Assembly: GCA_046563655.1 (NCBI GenBank)
Contig: CM102285.1
Coordinates: 7,936,001-8,000,000 of the forward strand
Length of the DNA: 64,000 bases
Origin: Yuukianura sp. NJ FZ-2021
Lineage: Eukaryota
Reading direction: 5' to 3'
Every line of letters begins with the position of its first letter. Within the stretch, counting starts at the first letter, position 1. This document shows positions 48,801 through 59,253 of this stretch, in pieces. The position numbers were made by a program, and so were the translations under genes. The notes under the pieces were generated by a model. The model made no database searches, had not been told where the DNA came from, and saw only the letters and a program-made list of their open reading frames with translations.

Positions 48801-50396
48801 GTACAGGATAGAACCAAGACATAAATGCAAAGATCTCACAAAACTCGCGGGCGCATCGCGAAGGCCAAACGGTAAAATTTTATATTGAAAATTTCCAAAA
48901 TATGTCGTAAATGCTGTATACTTCCGAGAATCTGGATGTAAAGGGACATTATGATATCCTTTACTGATGTCCGCGACACTCAGAAATTGATGTCTTGTTC
49001 TTAGCCATTCCAAAATTGTCTCTACCCCAATTAAAGAGAATTCAACAGGTTCACATTGCGCATTTATGTCCCCATAATCAACACACATCCTATAAGTTTT
49101 CGTTCCATCACCTGTTGTTATACCGTTTTTAACCATGACGGTGCGAGATAGAAAATTGGAGTTGCTTGGTTCAATCTTATCTAGTTTTAATAACTCCTGG
49201 ATGGTTGCATTTTCAGCATCCATAGCTTCTTTATTCCGCCGAACCGGTTGATGGCGAAACGGTTTAGCATTTGGCTTTAAAACGATGTGATGAACATAAT
49301 CTTTGATAACACCGATCTCACCCTTATAAGAAAAAACATCATTATACTGTCGTAATAGTAAACGCAATTGATCTTGCTGTTCAGGATCCAACTCGGGATT
49401 AATACGAGCATACAATGAGTGTAAGTGATTCTCGTAGTCACCCTGAGTGAGTCCCTTAAAATTGTATTCCTCCCATGGTTCGCGAAAAGTAACTTTCTTT
49501 GAACCATTTCCTGCAACACCGTGTGGTTCCTTGTCCGTCGGCTGAGTATCTGCCAATCGTGGAGAATTTGGAACAGTAGGAGAAGAATCTACATCGTTAT
49601 GACCAAGCTTCGTCTCCTGATCCAACATCGGAAAAACTGACTTGTAAGAAATGTGATCTGCATCGGATTGACCAGACACGATCGCCTGTCCCTCCTGCTT
49701 GTAAGAAGTGTGACCTGCGTCTGCGTGACCAGGCACTATCGCCTGTACACGAGCGGAAAACTTCTCTGGTAAACACGTACTATTCATCTCAACTCTGGTT
49801 CCCTCATCATCTGTAGTATTTTGTGACTTATCATTAAATATGGTGGAACTAAGGTGCTGAGTCCTTTCATGCATGGAAACAGCATCTTTTTCCTGGTCCC
49901 CGGCCGAGGAAACTATATCTAAAACTGTAGTGTCTACTGAATAAATTCTCTGGTTTGCAGAATGGTTCAACTCGGGAAACTCTATCCCTCCGACATCATC
50001 CGTAGGAACCACAGGGAAAGTTGTATTACCAATAGTGACAGCCTGAGTGGCTAGATCAATTTTGACTTTATGTTTACGTAAGAAATCCATACCCAAAAGT
50101 ACCCGGGGAGGACAATTATCCACCACTAACAACTCATGATCTGCCTGAAAACCTGGAAGATGAATAGAGACTTGGATTTTACCCGCCGGAACTATTTTAG
50201 TTGCACCGATTCCCGTGAGTGTAACACTATGGCTGAGTTTGTTAAGTCTCGTAGTGTCCACTAAAGAAGAATCGATTAAGGATGCCTGAGCACCCGTATC
50301 TAATAAGATGAGCGTTGAGTAATTATTAATTGTCCCATTAATTTTGAGTAATTCAGTACCTGTAATATGAAAAACACACTGTTGTTGAGAGTTCAT
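45846..50396 (-). CDS. pol: Pol polyprotein (PR-RT-RH-IN plus C-terminal extension), 1516 aa
   Basis: Motifs LLDTGA, RMCVDY, LPFGL, YLDD, YTDAS, HHCC (HESPLSGH...CEIC), STDICGP, CDNG and SERSN. The frame is uninterrupted and overlaps the gag stop (ATGA). Confidence 0.97.
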   Translation of the reverse strand: MNSQQQCVFHITGTELLKINGTINNYSTLILLDTGAQASLIDSSLVDTTRLNKLSHSVTLTGIGATKIVPAGKIQVSIHLPGFQADHELLVVDNCPPRVLLGMDFLRKHKVKIDLATQAVTIGNTTFPVVPTDDVGGIEFPELNHSANQRIYSVDTTVLDIVSSAGDQEKDAVSMHERTQHLSSTIFNDKSQNTTDDEGTRVEMNSTCLPEKFSARVQAIVPGHADAGHTSYKQEGQAIVSGQSDADHISYKSVFPMLDQETKLGHNDVDSSPTVPNSPRLADTQPTDKEPHGVAGNGSKKVTFREPWEEYNFKGLTQGDYENHLHSLYARINPELDPEQQDQLRLLLRQYNDVFSYKGEIGVIKDYVHHIVLKPNAKPFRHQPVRRNKEAMDAENATIQELLKLDKIEPSNSNFLSRTVMVKNGITTGDGTKTYRMCVDYGDINAQCEPVEFSLIGVETILEWLRTRHQFLSVADISKGYHNVPLHPDSRKYTAFTTYFGNFQYKILPFGLRDAPASFVRSLHLCLGSILYESVAIYLDDLCFGSNSFADHLEHLRKTFIRLREYGVKLSVHKSHFGYTQIKLLGMYISREGIQQDPTKLEAVRNIPYPVSPKELMRFLGAVNWFRRSIPDLSIICQPLYKLLEKDQKFVLENQHFAIIDQLRSLLTSPPLLHWFQSSRETRVYTDASAYGIGCCLMQLVDKDVEVPCAYHSGTLTKAQRNMPAYMRELLAITIACKVFHIYLLGIKFTVFTDNEPISQIKEFLAPCKRVSRQIILWATYLLDFNFVIKYKTGETMELPDYLSRTPLHQEFHDDVELQQYNSSSIMTILFDKNYDKREDGWRRQEDDLDWKQLQMADEEAIRIRLSLNTPDPKFKARYILKNDILYDMKMGISRIFVPKVLRNTILAEAHESPLSGHMGFTKTYYRMFRHFAWPSMKKDVALFVLNCEICGRMKRHYGKASATMGSLPIPSHPMEIISTDICGPFKESNGYKYIINAVCLLSKYQIIVPLKTTTGQDIAHFLEKEVFLKFSSPKIIICDNGPGYISTFLKSHSKLFGTRIRFVCYYSKTGNAISERSNSTFHTIIRSFVNDHGTDWVQYIPTLMFCINTAPLKLLKFQCPFSVLMGFQPRLPYTFHTQVLTSEMSKKQKTIQQLWGDVRQAIAHQQLLQQRKAEKYSSTVSYEIGSKVRLTYPRKTTEGFPKKWTPYYYGEYRVLEQINPTTYRVECLTSNRKFLTQTKRMRLIDERSAPDVEFADILVSEETFLDEIHHYDLILDFLQSTVAWNTQILNNVNTLLQIYVIKAIILGKDSSVERILHTCQEFSLTDVILIDESPGFTGKLTPVCQSNAQILEPSGLWVHFVESESLTDNMLLFKNQLLTHSLAILGDHWEEFLIFLILLISLHTKIYVSIFGVLVAVIQRSTDKPRVFQFLRQHRELLSIWAEKHGLAVEKDLPTFTRESQGHEPQTPTMDSPIREGEEAEADDAGPFPIPSNEVPTRSARSRKPPRWLDEYEWG

Positions 50397-51658
50397 GGAT
50401 GTGCCCTGTTGAGTGAGTTGATCAAGGGGTTCACTGGATTCCCCGGACGGCCCCCTTCCGTCGCCTCGGGTTGTGCGTTTTTTAAATACTTACAGTTTTC
50501 TGTACTGTGTGTAGTACTATTATGATGTGTGCAAAATTGCTGTTTTTTGCGTGGACGTTGAGCTGCTGTAGGCTGCATACGACAAGCTTCCGTAGAATGG
50601 GTATCGGTGCGATGCGTTGTGCAATAAGTGTCCTCTAAACAATTTGAAGCTAGGTGACCCGGTCTAGCACAACGGAAACAGGTCAAAGTGCTACATTTAG
50701 ATGCAATATGCCCCGGCTGTCCACAGCGATAGCATCGCATGGGACCTTGACCCCTACGTTGCGTTCCACCAGCCTGAGAGTTCTGTGTGAACATCTGAGA
50801 ACCCTGATACAAGTTTGGGTCTCGAACTAGTGAAGTATCCTGTATGAATTGCTGCAAATTAGGATATAACGCTGGAGGTTGTGTCGCTGCCGCGTTGACA
50901 AAAGTAACTGTGTCGGTATTACTCGCCCTAGTCACATTTGCCATTGCTTGTTCCAAAGCAAACACATCTCTCTGATGTGTCAACATGGATGTAGCCTCCT
51001 GTATCGTCTTACCAATTGTAATAAACTGGTCTATTGTTTGCGGATTGAGCAGTGCCATCTGCTGTAAGTACGAAGGCCGCAGATTCCGAATCAAGTATTT
51101 CAACTTACGAGATTCGCTAAGTGTCGGATCCAGTTGTTGTAAAATGTTCAATAAGTCGTACGTATACGACTCAATTGACTCATCCACCCGTTGCTTACGG
51201 TTTTGCGCTTTATCCTCCGTAGCAATTGAATCCACAGCTCCAAAGATTTTAAGGAAAGCTGCTCGTAATTGGTCAAAACCTACTACCGCCGTTTGTTGCG
51301 GACTTTGGAGCCGTAATTGCTCCAGGTAATTGATGAACCAATCTTCCGCAACCTTTTCCAAGGAAGCGGGTAAAAATAAACCCCAATTCGCTTTGGGTAA
51401 ACGGTTCGCCATTGCCGCGATCTCCCATTTGACAAGGAATCGATAGGCACATTCGTCTTTTCCTCCCGCAAATTTAGGAAAAGGCACGGTGACCCTTTGT
51501 GACGCTGCCAAGCCTCGCGGCTGTAAGGCTCCTTGAACTCTTGCCGCTGAGGCAGTCATAGCCGGAGCTGGGATAAGTGTGGGAAGAGGAGGTGCAGGTG
51601 GAGGTGTAGCTGGATTTAAGTTAACTATATCCTCTAAGTCATCCAAATCATTCATCAT
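50393..51658 (-). CDS. gag: Gag, 421 aa, with two CCHC knuckles and two C-x2-H-x4-H-x4-C motifs
   Basis: Motifs FPKFAG, L...A..WF, RKQRVDESI, CYRCGQPGHIASKC, CFRCARPGHLASNC, CTTHRTDTHSTEAC and CTHHNSTTHSTENC. Confidence 0.95.
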   Translation of the reverse strand: MMNDLDDLEDIVNLNPATPPPAPPLPTLIPAPAMTASAARVQGALQPRGLAASQRVTVPFPKFAGGKDECAYRFLVKWEIAAMANRLPKANWGLFLPASLEKVAEDWFINYLEQLRLQSPQQTAVVGFDQLRAAFLKIFGAVDSIATEDKAQNRKQRVDESIESYTYDLLNILQQLDPTLSESRKLKYLIRNLRPSYLQQMALLNPQTIDQFITIGKTIQEATSMLTHQRDVFALEQAMANVTRASNTDTVTFVNAAATQPPALYPNLQQFIQDTSLVRDPNLYQGSQMFTQNSQAGGTQRRGQGPMRCYRCGQPGHIASKCSTLTCFRCARPGHLASNCLEDTYCTTHRTDTHSTEACRMQPTAAQRPRKKQQFCTHHNSTTHSTENCKYLKNAQPEATEGGRPGNPVNPLINSLNRAHP

Positions 51659-53346
51659 GTTCTGTATGTGTAATTTGTACCCTCAATCACCAAATGAACG
51701 AGGTATTATTAAAGAAAAATATTGGTGTTTGTTCAATAAAAGTGAAAAATGATTACTCACGTTTGATGTTAAAAGAAATCCAATTAACAATGATTCAAGC
51801 CGCCGCCGTAGTCGTGGTGCGTCCACAAAAGATAGTTCAATAAGGAGAGTTATTGTCTTAAACAATCAACGAATGTCGTAGGTAGTAAAAATGAAAAGAC
51901 TTGTAATTGTTCTTTAACTTTAGTACAATGGATAAAGTAAAAATGTCTGATCCAACTCCGTCCACTGTCAGACGCGTACTCCCCCGGATGCCTTCTACTA
52001 CTTCCCTTAATATTCCTTTGTACTGTGTATGCAAAAAGGGAACACGCACGAGGCAAGGCCAAAAAGCGTAACGCAATGGCGTCTAAAGGCAATGACCGAT
52101 GAACTACTCCACGTGCCAACTTGTGTGGAAAATGAAAGTGTATTGAGTCCAATTTGGTTGTTTGTGTGTTGCTGCTCCATTTCCAATGGTATAGGAGTGA
52201 ACTCCGCCCTTACTGGGAAGGATGTTGTAACCACACCCATACCGGTGAACATATTCAACTAACTCCTCCCATACCGTTGGAGCTGGTTAAGACTAGTGTT
52301 GTTTTAGTATGTTTAAAAATAAACCTCGTCCAGGCCCAAGATGTCGAAAAATCATCCACACCCAAAGAGATGAAAAGTCATCCACACCATATATGGCAAC
52401 CATGGAGCGGATGGTTTACATGGTGTGATGTATCCATGATCCTCAACGTAATCTCCACACTATTGTCTTTCGCTTATACTATTCCAAATGCATCTACCCC
52501 TTGGACTACCAACGCATATGCGTAATGTAGTGCAGGGACAGTACGCACTTTTCGCCCGGCGGATCAGTCTCCATCGTCCTAAAGGGGTGCAGTTGCAGCT
52601 GATACTTTCTCTCTTAACACCAATTTATAGTAAAAATAAGTGCAAAAAGAAACTAAATACTAATCGTGATATATGCTTGTGTCAGTTTTAATTGAAGACT
52701 CTCGTTTGCCAAAACCCGTACATCATAGTAGATGGTATCCAGGGATAATCACAGTGAAAGTGAACGGACATTCTAGTGATGTAATCTGCCCTATGCCATG
52801 CTGTAAAGGAAGTGTCCTTTATGTAAGTACAACAAACTGAGTTTGTCGCATTAAAGCATGAATTAAAAGCAATGTGATTCGTACTTTTAAACTACTATTC
52901 GCAGTAGATGTGTTAGATAAGCGTGAAACTACGTACTCAAAATTGTTTATTAAAAAAATAGCAACGCTGTGCCCCTCAGACCAAAGCATGAAGATACCGT
53001 GTGTTAGACGAAAATCTGTACTTCATCAGTGTAATCAATTGACTCATTACTAAACCATGAGGGTATTTCTAGGCTCATTTCGCTTTGAATAACGTACCGA
53101 GATTAAGAACTGGAAAGGTTTACAAAAAATCGTTTTATTCGTGTTTTGCAAATATGATATTACTGATCGAAAAAAAATGATTTAAAACGGTATCCTTTCC
53201 TTCTATCACACCGTATAAAAAATGCTAATTTATAATTTGATTTTGTTTTCTTTATTTGATAGTTCTCACGTCAACACCTAACCGCATTTTTTCACTATTG
53301 ATTGTAAAACGTTCAAATCCTATCGAAGGTGGAAGAAGATAGCAAC

Positions 53347-56122
53347 ATGGAAAACTCTGCTAATGGTAACGAAAGTGAACATGAACTCGAAAATACTGTA
53401 TTAACAACCCCACGCGACTTGTTTATGGGACATTGCAGTTTCCTCCCCAATGCATCTAACAATACTAACGGTAATTCAATCAATGAAATGGAGGCTAACT
53501 CGAATGGAGACGGTTTTACCGATTTAATTATAGTTTTGTCCCCTGTTCCTCATTATGAAGATCTAACCCCAGATCCTGAACCGTTACAATCACCAACTGC
53601 TTACGAAATGGCCACGGAGTGTGAAATGCCTATGATCCCAACGAATCCAACTTTGGCTGACGTTCAAGACCCCGCTGTCCACTCTCCGCCTACCGAAACT
53701 GCCGATGTTGTACCCGCTGGAGACGCTGGAGTGAGAATCATGAACCCTACGCCATCTACCTCCCGATTAATCGTGGATAGTTTAAAATCAAAAAACCAAA
53801 ACCGTAGCACTCCCAAACCCTCTCCAAAACGCAAACGAGCCAACAAACGAGCTTCTGGAATCCGGTCTCCTCACTGTGTCGTATCGGACCCCGATGACGT
53901 ACTCCCCTCGTCAAGCGTATCCACTCGGGATCCGACTCCTCGTAGTTGCAAAACGACCAACCGACGTTACTACCATATTTATACCAGTTCGGAAGATGAT
54001 CCTGAAAGTGAGCCCGAAGTCCTCTCCTCGCCAAGATCGTCCCGTGCCGGGTCTCCGAATCCTTCCCTGGATGATTTTCCCTCTACTCCAAATGCTGGTT
54101 ATCAGACCGCCTTGTCTTATTTACAGCTGACTATTGCGAATGTTCTGAAAATGTGGCATCATGACCAATACAAAGCCAAACGAGGCAAAACTCGATGGGA
54201 ATTCACAGACGACGTCCGAAATTGTCGAGCCGAGGGGTTAACTGTGGAGCTCGGGCACACTTTCTTCAAGGGTCTGAAAGAGACGTTTAAACCTAGAACC
54301 TGGAAAGTTGTTGTATGTAATGAACACTTTTTATGAACAAGAATGGTAAGAATCTAATGTCCCTAACCGATGTCAACCCTTAGTTACAGGATCCCCAAGT
54401 GGTGTCCTTCTTTAAAGCCAGCTTAGAGTCTCTGGATGAGAAAAGTTACTTTTTGAATATGCTCTGCCATTGGATAATTGAGCTGTTCCCTGGAACCACA
54501 GCGAGACGCAATCGAACCGACATTATTGATTGTTTTAATGTAAGTTGTTAACGAGTAGTGATTAGAACATGCCGTCTAACATTCTTTGTGTTATTTGTGT
54601 ATTCCAGTGGATCCTTAGGTATGACCTCGTGACCCAAGTCGAGCTGGCGGAATGGTGTTTTCGTGCTATTTCGCAAAATTTACAATTAGGAACCGGCCGT
54701 AACCGTTTTCATGATGCCGAATTTGATTACATCTTTGTGCTAGGACCAATCTATCCTATGTTGACTCGAATTGTGACTACCGAGGTAAAAGCAAATATCC
54801 TTATGTTGAGCATATTCAATTGATAAATCTCCAACTTGCAGGGAATGACGGATCCGCTCGCGCAATTTGTGGATCTTCAAATTACCAGTTGTAAGCAGGG
54901 AATGGCCGCAGGTAATGCCGTTATGTCCCCCGCCACTGAGAGCCTGATTGAGTATGCGGAAGATCCCCGTGTGAAGCAAATCGTAAGTTCAATACCCTTC
55001 CCTCACACGTGCTCCCCTAATAGAGACAACCATTTCTGTGTTCTATTTTTAGTTGCTTTCTGGGCGAGGTTTGTTTGACATAAAATGCGAAATTCTAAAT
55101 CCCAATTCGTCTTGTCGTTTCTTTTTTGTCACTGGGTATTTTATGATTTTTTATATTATTTGATTTGCTTTTTTCACCATGTTTTTATCGTTACTGACTG
55201 CGATTCATAATCATAGGGGCTGGATCTTAAAGTGTAAAGACATGGACCACACCGACGCCATCGCTAAGTTTGAGAAATCCCTTGAGGAAGGTGGTGAGGG
55301 GTATATTCGGACGCGGTGGACTGACGGTCAAGGGAACCCGGATACTCTAAGACTGCCCAAATGTGAAACAAGTAAGATCAGACTGTTATTCGAAAAACCA
55401 AAGTCGTGTTCAAAATGCTAACCTCTCAAACTATGTAATTTAAGGATTTTTCCCCCAAGATCTACTAACTTCCCCGACAATCGAGACAGGGCGTTACTAT
55501 TGTGGAATATGCCAGGCCGAGCTGCATGATCAGAAGATACTAGATCCAAAACTAATCAAAACCCTTGTAAAATACACGAGTGAGGAATTCCTAGCCCATG
55601 TTCATGCGCACAACCCTATTGACCGCATCGATCAACGTTGCGGCTGTTACCGCTCCCTTTGGGTGTCTGCGAGAGATGTCCATGCTCGGAGTTGTTCGTC
55701 TTGCGTATGTTATCAACACGGTTTTAGTGTAAGTGACTATCTTCTACTATGAACCTACACCCTTCAAAACTAACGAAAATCTGCCTTATGAATTATAGGT
55801 TCGTTCCAAGGCTTTCCATTTGACTTCCGAGCGAGAACGAAAACAAAAACATGCCGGCTGTAACTTTTGCAACCTCTGTGGGCGTAACATGAAGAGTATT
55901 GAAGAGTTAGAAAATCATACGTTACACAAATGTAAAGCTTGTCGCCATTGCGAGTTATCTTTTTCTTCTATTGGTGAAAGTCGTGAGGATCATAAGACCA
56001 AATGTTTCCGCTGCTATTGTGGTAATGTATATGAGACCCCAGATGCTTGTCGTTTGTGTATCGTAACTTGTTTAAAACGAAACATTTACCTTACTCCCGA
56101 TGATGTAAATCGAAAACGTTGA
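53347..56122 (+). CDS. Antisense 8-exon accessory gene of element B (~761 aa; disordered N-terminus with basic NLS-like patch, Cys/His-rich C-terminus)
   Basis: Exons 53347-54312, 54384-54539, 54608-54784, 54842-54982, 55053-55135, 55217-55371, 55445-55728 and 55799-56122 join via GT-AG introns into a 2286-nt open frame. A homolog lies at 19954-26366. Confidence 0.85.
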
Positions 56123-56192
56123 GTTTGTAAATAAATTTTGTCGTGTGTGTACTTACGTGTTGTCTTCGTTCCAACTTTACCATCAAAAAGGG

Positions 56193-56212
56193 ATCCGGTT
56201 CGAATAGGACCA
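56193..56212 (-). promoter_or_regulatory. Primer-binding site of element B, tRNA-Tyr-like
   Basis: TGGTCCTATTCGAACCGGAT lies 4 nt inside the LTR and resembles the complement of the tRNA-Tyr 3' end (TGGTCCTTCGAGCCGGAT). Confidence 0.8.
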
Positions 56213-56216
56213 GATA

Positions 56217-56492
56217 TGTGGGGACTTTCTCCTCGTGACCTCCACATGTCAACATGGCTCAAGAGAGACATCCTCTTTCTGCATCCCGGACGGCCTGGAA
56301 CACTACACCTCAATCTGACCTCGGCATCTCCACCTCTAATAACGTCTCTCGCTCTCTCTCTCCCAAATAGGCAACACACTCTTTATTCACACTCTCAATA
56401 CCCTGAGCTCTAGAAGGAACCTCAGCTGCACGTAAGCCTGTTCCTCGGGTAGAGATCCTCTCACGAGGACCTCTACTCGAGTACTCTCCCTC
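56217..56492 (-). repeat. 5' LTR of element B, lacking its outer ~71 bp
   Basis: Matches 38998-39273, then switches abruptly to host exon sequence at 56493. Confidence 0.93.
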
Positions 56493-57399
56493 GATGCTTG
56501 ATGTTCCTGGAATATGAATTTCTTTTTTGCCAACTGAAAACGAAGACGAAGGATGGACTTCCAGGTCCCATGGTCCTGGAAGTGGTCCACCGGACGGGCC
56601 GTCCATTTTCTGCGTTGTGTATGGCTCAAACTCCCAAACTGTTTCTCTTTTCTCTGTGCTAGAGGTCAAGTTGTACTGGAAATAAGAGAATTACTAGTTT
56701 ACAGAATGTTCAGCAATTCGATTCTAATGCTTTTTTTAAAATTAGGTTAGCGGTAACCTTGAACCCGCTTTTCATTTTGATGTCTTCGAAAGTTATGCCT
56801 TCAAGTTTGCCACGGCAGAATTTCTTGTCAGCGTATTTCTCCAAGGCAGTTCTGATTTCATCTTCAGTTGCTGCCGCAGCGGCTGGCAGCAGAGGACGAC
56901 TTTCATCGGTTTGAAAATCACCTTGGTCCTTACCATCCATGAAATAAGGATTCGTCGGAGGCTGGATTGCTAAAAACAAATTGAACATTTTAGTTCTAAT
57001 TTTCGAATTTTAGAACTCATGCGTTTTTCTTGCGTTTTTACTTGGAGCCAAGGATGAATCAATGTAACCCGGTAGGCTGGAACCATGGAAGTTAAAGCCT
57101 ATGTCGCCAGCTCCTCCCTGAGTCGGAACTGGTGGCGCGCTGCTTGCATTTGCTGTCCACTGCTGCTGTTGACCTATAGGTGCAAATCCATCTTGCGGCG
57201 GATAGGCGTTTTGTTGTCCCTGCGGTTGCCACATTCCAGCGGAACCCTGGTTGAAATTCGGTTGACCCGTGGGATACTGGACGGAATTTGGACCAGGCGG
57301 CGGATATGGGGAGTTGCCTTGTGGTGGATATGGAGTCTGGCCATAATTCGGATTTTGATTAGGCGGGTACGGCGCGGCATTTTGACCGGACGGATACAT
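56493..57399 (-). pseudogene. SSUH2-like gene, 5' half, truncated mid-exon by element B
   Basis: Pro/Gln-rich N-terminus, TEDEIRTAL, and EKRETVWEFEPY...DGP..GPLPGPWDLEV...F...IPGTSSI typical of SSUH2 homologs. Introns are GT-AG. Confidence 0.8.
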
Positions 57400-59253
57400 T
57401 TCTTCCTGGACCAAGCGTTCCTCTTCCTTCGTAGGCAAAAGAGCCCTTAAAAGTGGTGAATTATGATATAGAATTTCACAATTGAATTTATAGCATTTCG
57501 GTGACTTAAAAAAACTACACAAACTGTTGGTAAAAGTACTAGGTGAAAGCAGAGTAGTCGACAGTAGTATACGATTAATTTGTAATTTGCTAAACTAATC
57601 ATAAGTAAGACTCATATTTGCTTCGTTGCGATAACTTACTTACGAGTTCTAAAAGAGTAGATTTACTGGAGTACCAAACCGTATTATTGTTGACCAAGCG
57701 CACTCCCGGAAGATCGCTGTTAAACGTTAACCTACTTTGAAATACTTTGGGAGTGGCTGGAAATCGTAAATGGCGGATGGAGTGGAATACACTCGTCACT
57801 GGTAAGAGTCCTTAAAGTTTATAAATAGATTCTGGTGATCTGAACAAATTTACACGCAGCAACAGCAGACAGACAGAGCATTTTCGTGCACTACTCAACC
57901 ACTTCTGGAAACCCAAAATTTGCAGAATGCTTTGTTCTCCAATTTTTTAGTTACTTGAGTGAAAAAAAACATAATTGCATAAACGCCAAGGCCATCGTCT
58001 TCGTCACGCAATTTGACATCCACCATACGCCCAAAACTGCTGGCTCGCACCATTATATCATCATTTGGATCTGACAAAGACCGCACTTCTGCCTGGAATT
58101 ATTACTAAGTACATCCTTTGTATAAGTTTGGACTGTACGTACAAAATAGTGAGAGACTCGCGCATTTATTCGGAGAGTTTTGTTTATTTTCGGAAGTGGA
58201 ACAGGGGAAGCATACGTGATGGGACGGTTAGATTCTGTTCAGCTTTAGCATCCTAAAAGTAGTTACGTGGTTCGCTTTAGGACTTTCACCACTTTCCACT
58301 TTCAAAATTTCCAACTTGAACCTATAAGTTCAAGTTGGAAATATAGTTGAAAATATAGTTTTTTTTTATAGTATGTCTGACATAATGTCAGGCGTTAAAC
58401 GAGTTAACTAGAAGCGTCAGAGTAGAATGCTTTCACTTATATTTTCCTAAAGCCGTTCACTGAGAAAGGCAAAAGAGAAAGTGCCGAGGTGAATGTCAAA
58501 AGGCTTCTAATGTACCCAATTAGAATTAATTTATCTTAATTATATATTAAATATATTATATGCATTAAATATATACATTAAATATATAGGTTATATAACA
58601 GTTATTATAAGGTGAAAGTTAAGGACCGGCAAGGCTATAATTAAAACGATTGTTCTGATAAAATCAATCAAAGCAATCGAAAAAAAATTGTCATTTTGGA
58701 ATAAATATACTAATAAGGAATAGATTTTCTGAAATTTTTTCCTACAAGGTCAACGGTGCAACTGTAAGCCATATTTGAAAAAAATGATGCTGAGTGAGTT
58801 TTAATTTTTGTTAGATGTGAATTTGAAACTTTCTACATAAGTATAAACGTCATTTGAAGAAGAAGTTAGACTTGGAGTGAATGTGACTTGTTTTATTTAA
58901 TTTTAAGTAATGAAACATAAACTTAGGTTAATATGTATTTACCTAATGTATTTAGTAAAGTGATGAAGAACTAAAGTCTAAATGCATAAACTACTAAAAA
59001 AAAGATGAGATCATGAATTACACCTAAAATTAGTTCAACCAACAATTGTTTGCTGGTTTTATAATATTATATTGCTTGTTTTAGGAAAAGAGAGCTTCTG
59101 ATCGAATGTTTCTTTGTACTTGCATTTCTTCTACGTTTATGAGTACCAGGAATGTTTCGTTTTGACAAGGGTTTTGAACATAATTAGCCAACTACACCAC
59201 AAAGTAACGGAAGGTTCTAATGAGGTTGTCACAATTTGAACACTGACTTTTTT

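Larger units (their letters stand above)
38998..56492 (-). mobile_element. Element B: ~17.5-kb env-bearing Ty3/Gypsy endogenous retrovirus-like element
   Basis: LTRs at 38998-39344 and 56217-56492 (one mismatch seen over 276 bp). It has a tRNA-Tyr-like PBS, a PPT, open gag and pol, four env-related ORFs and an antisense spliced gene. Confidence 0.96.

Noticed and set aside
49640..49747. 57-bp duplication (QAIVxGxxDAxHxSYK twice) in element B pol
   Set aside because: It is an in-frame repeat in the variable PR-RT spacer, which is common and not informative.
56138..56669. ORFs 38997-39194, 56138-56413 and 56310-56669 as real genes
   Set aside because: The first two are incidental frames in the LTRs. 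The third is the host exon running into the LTR, reported as a junction finding.
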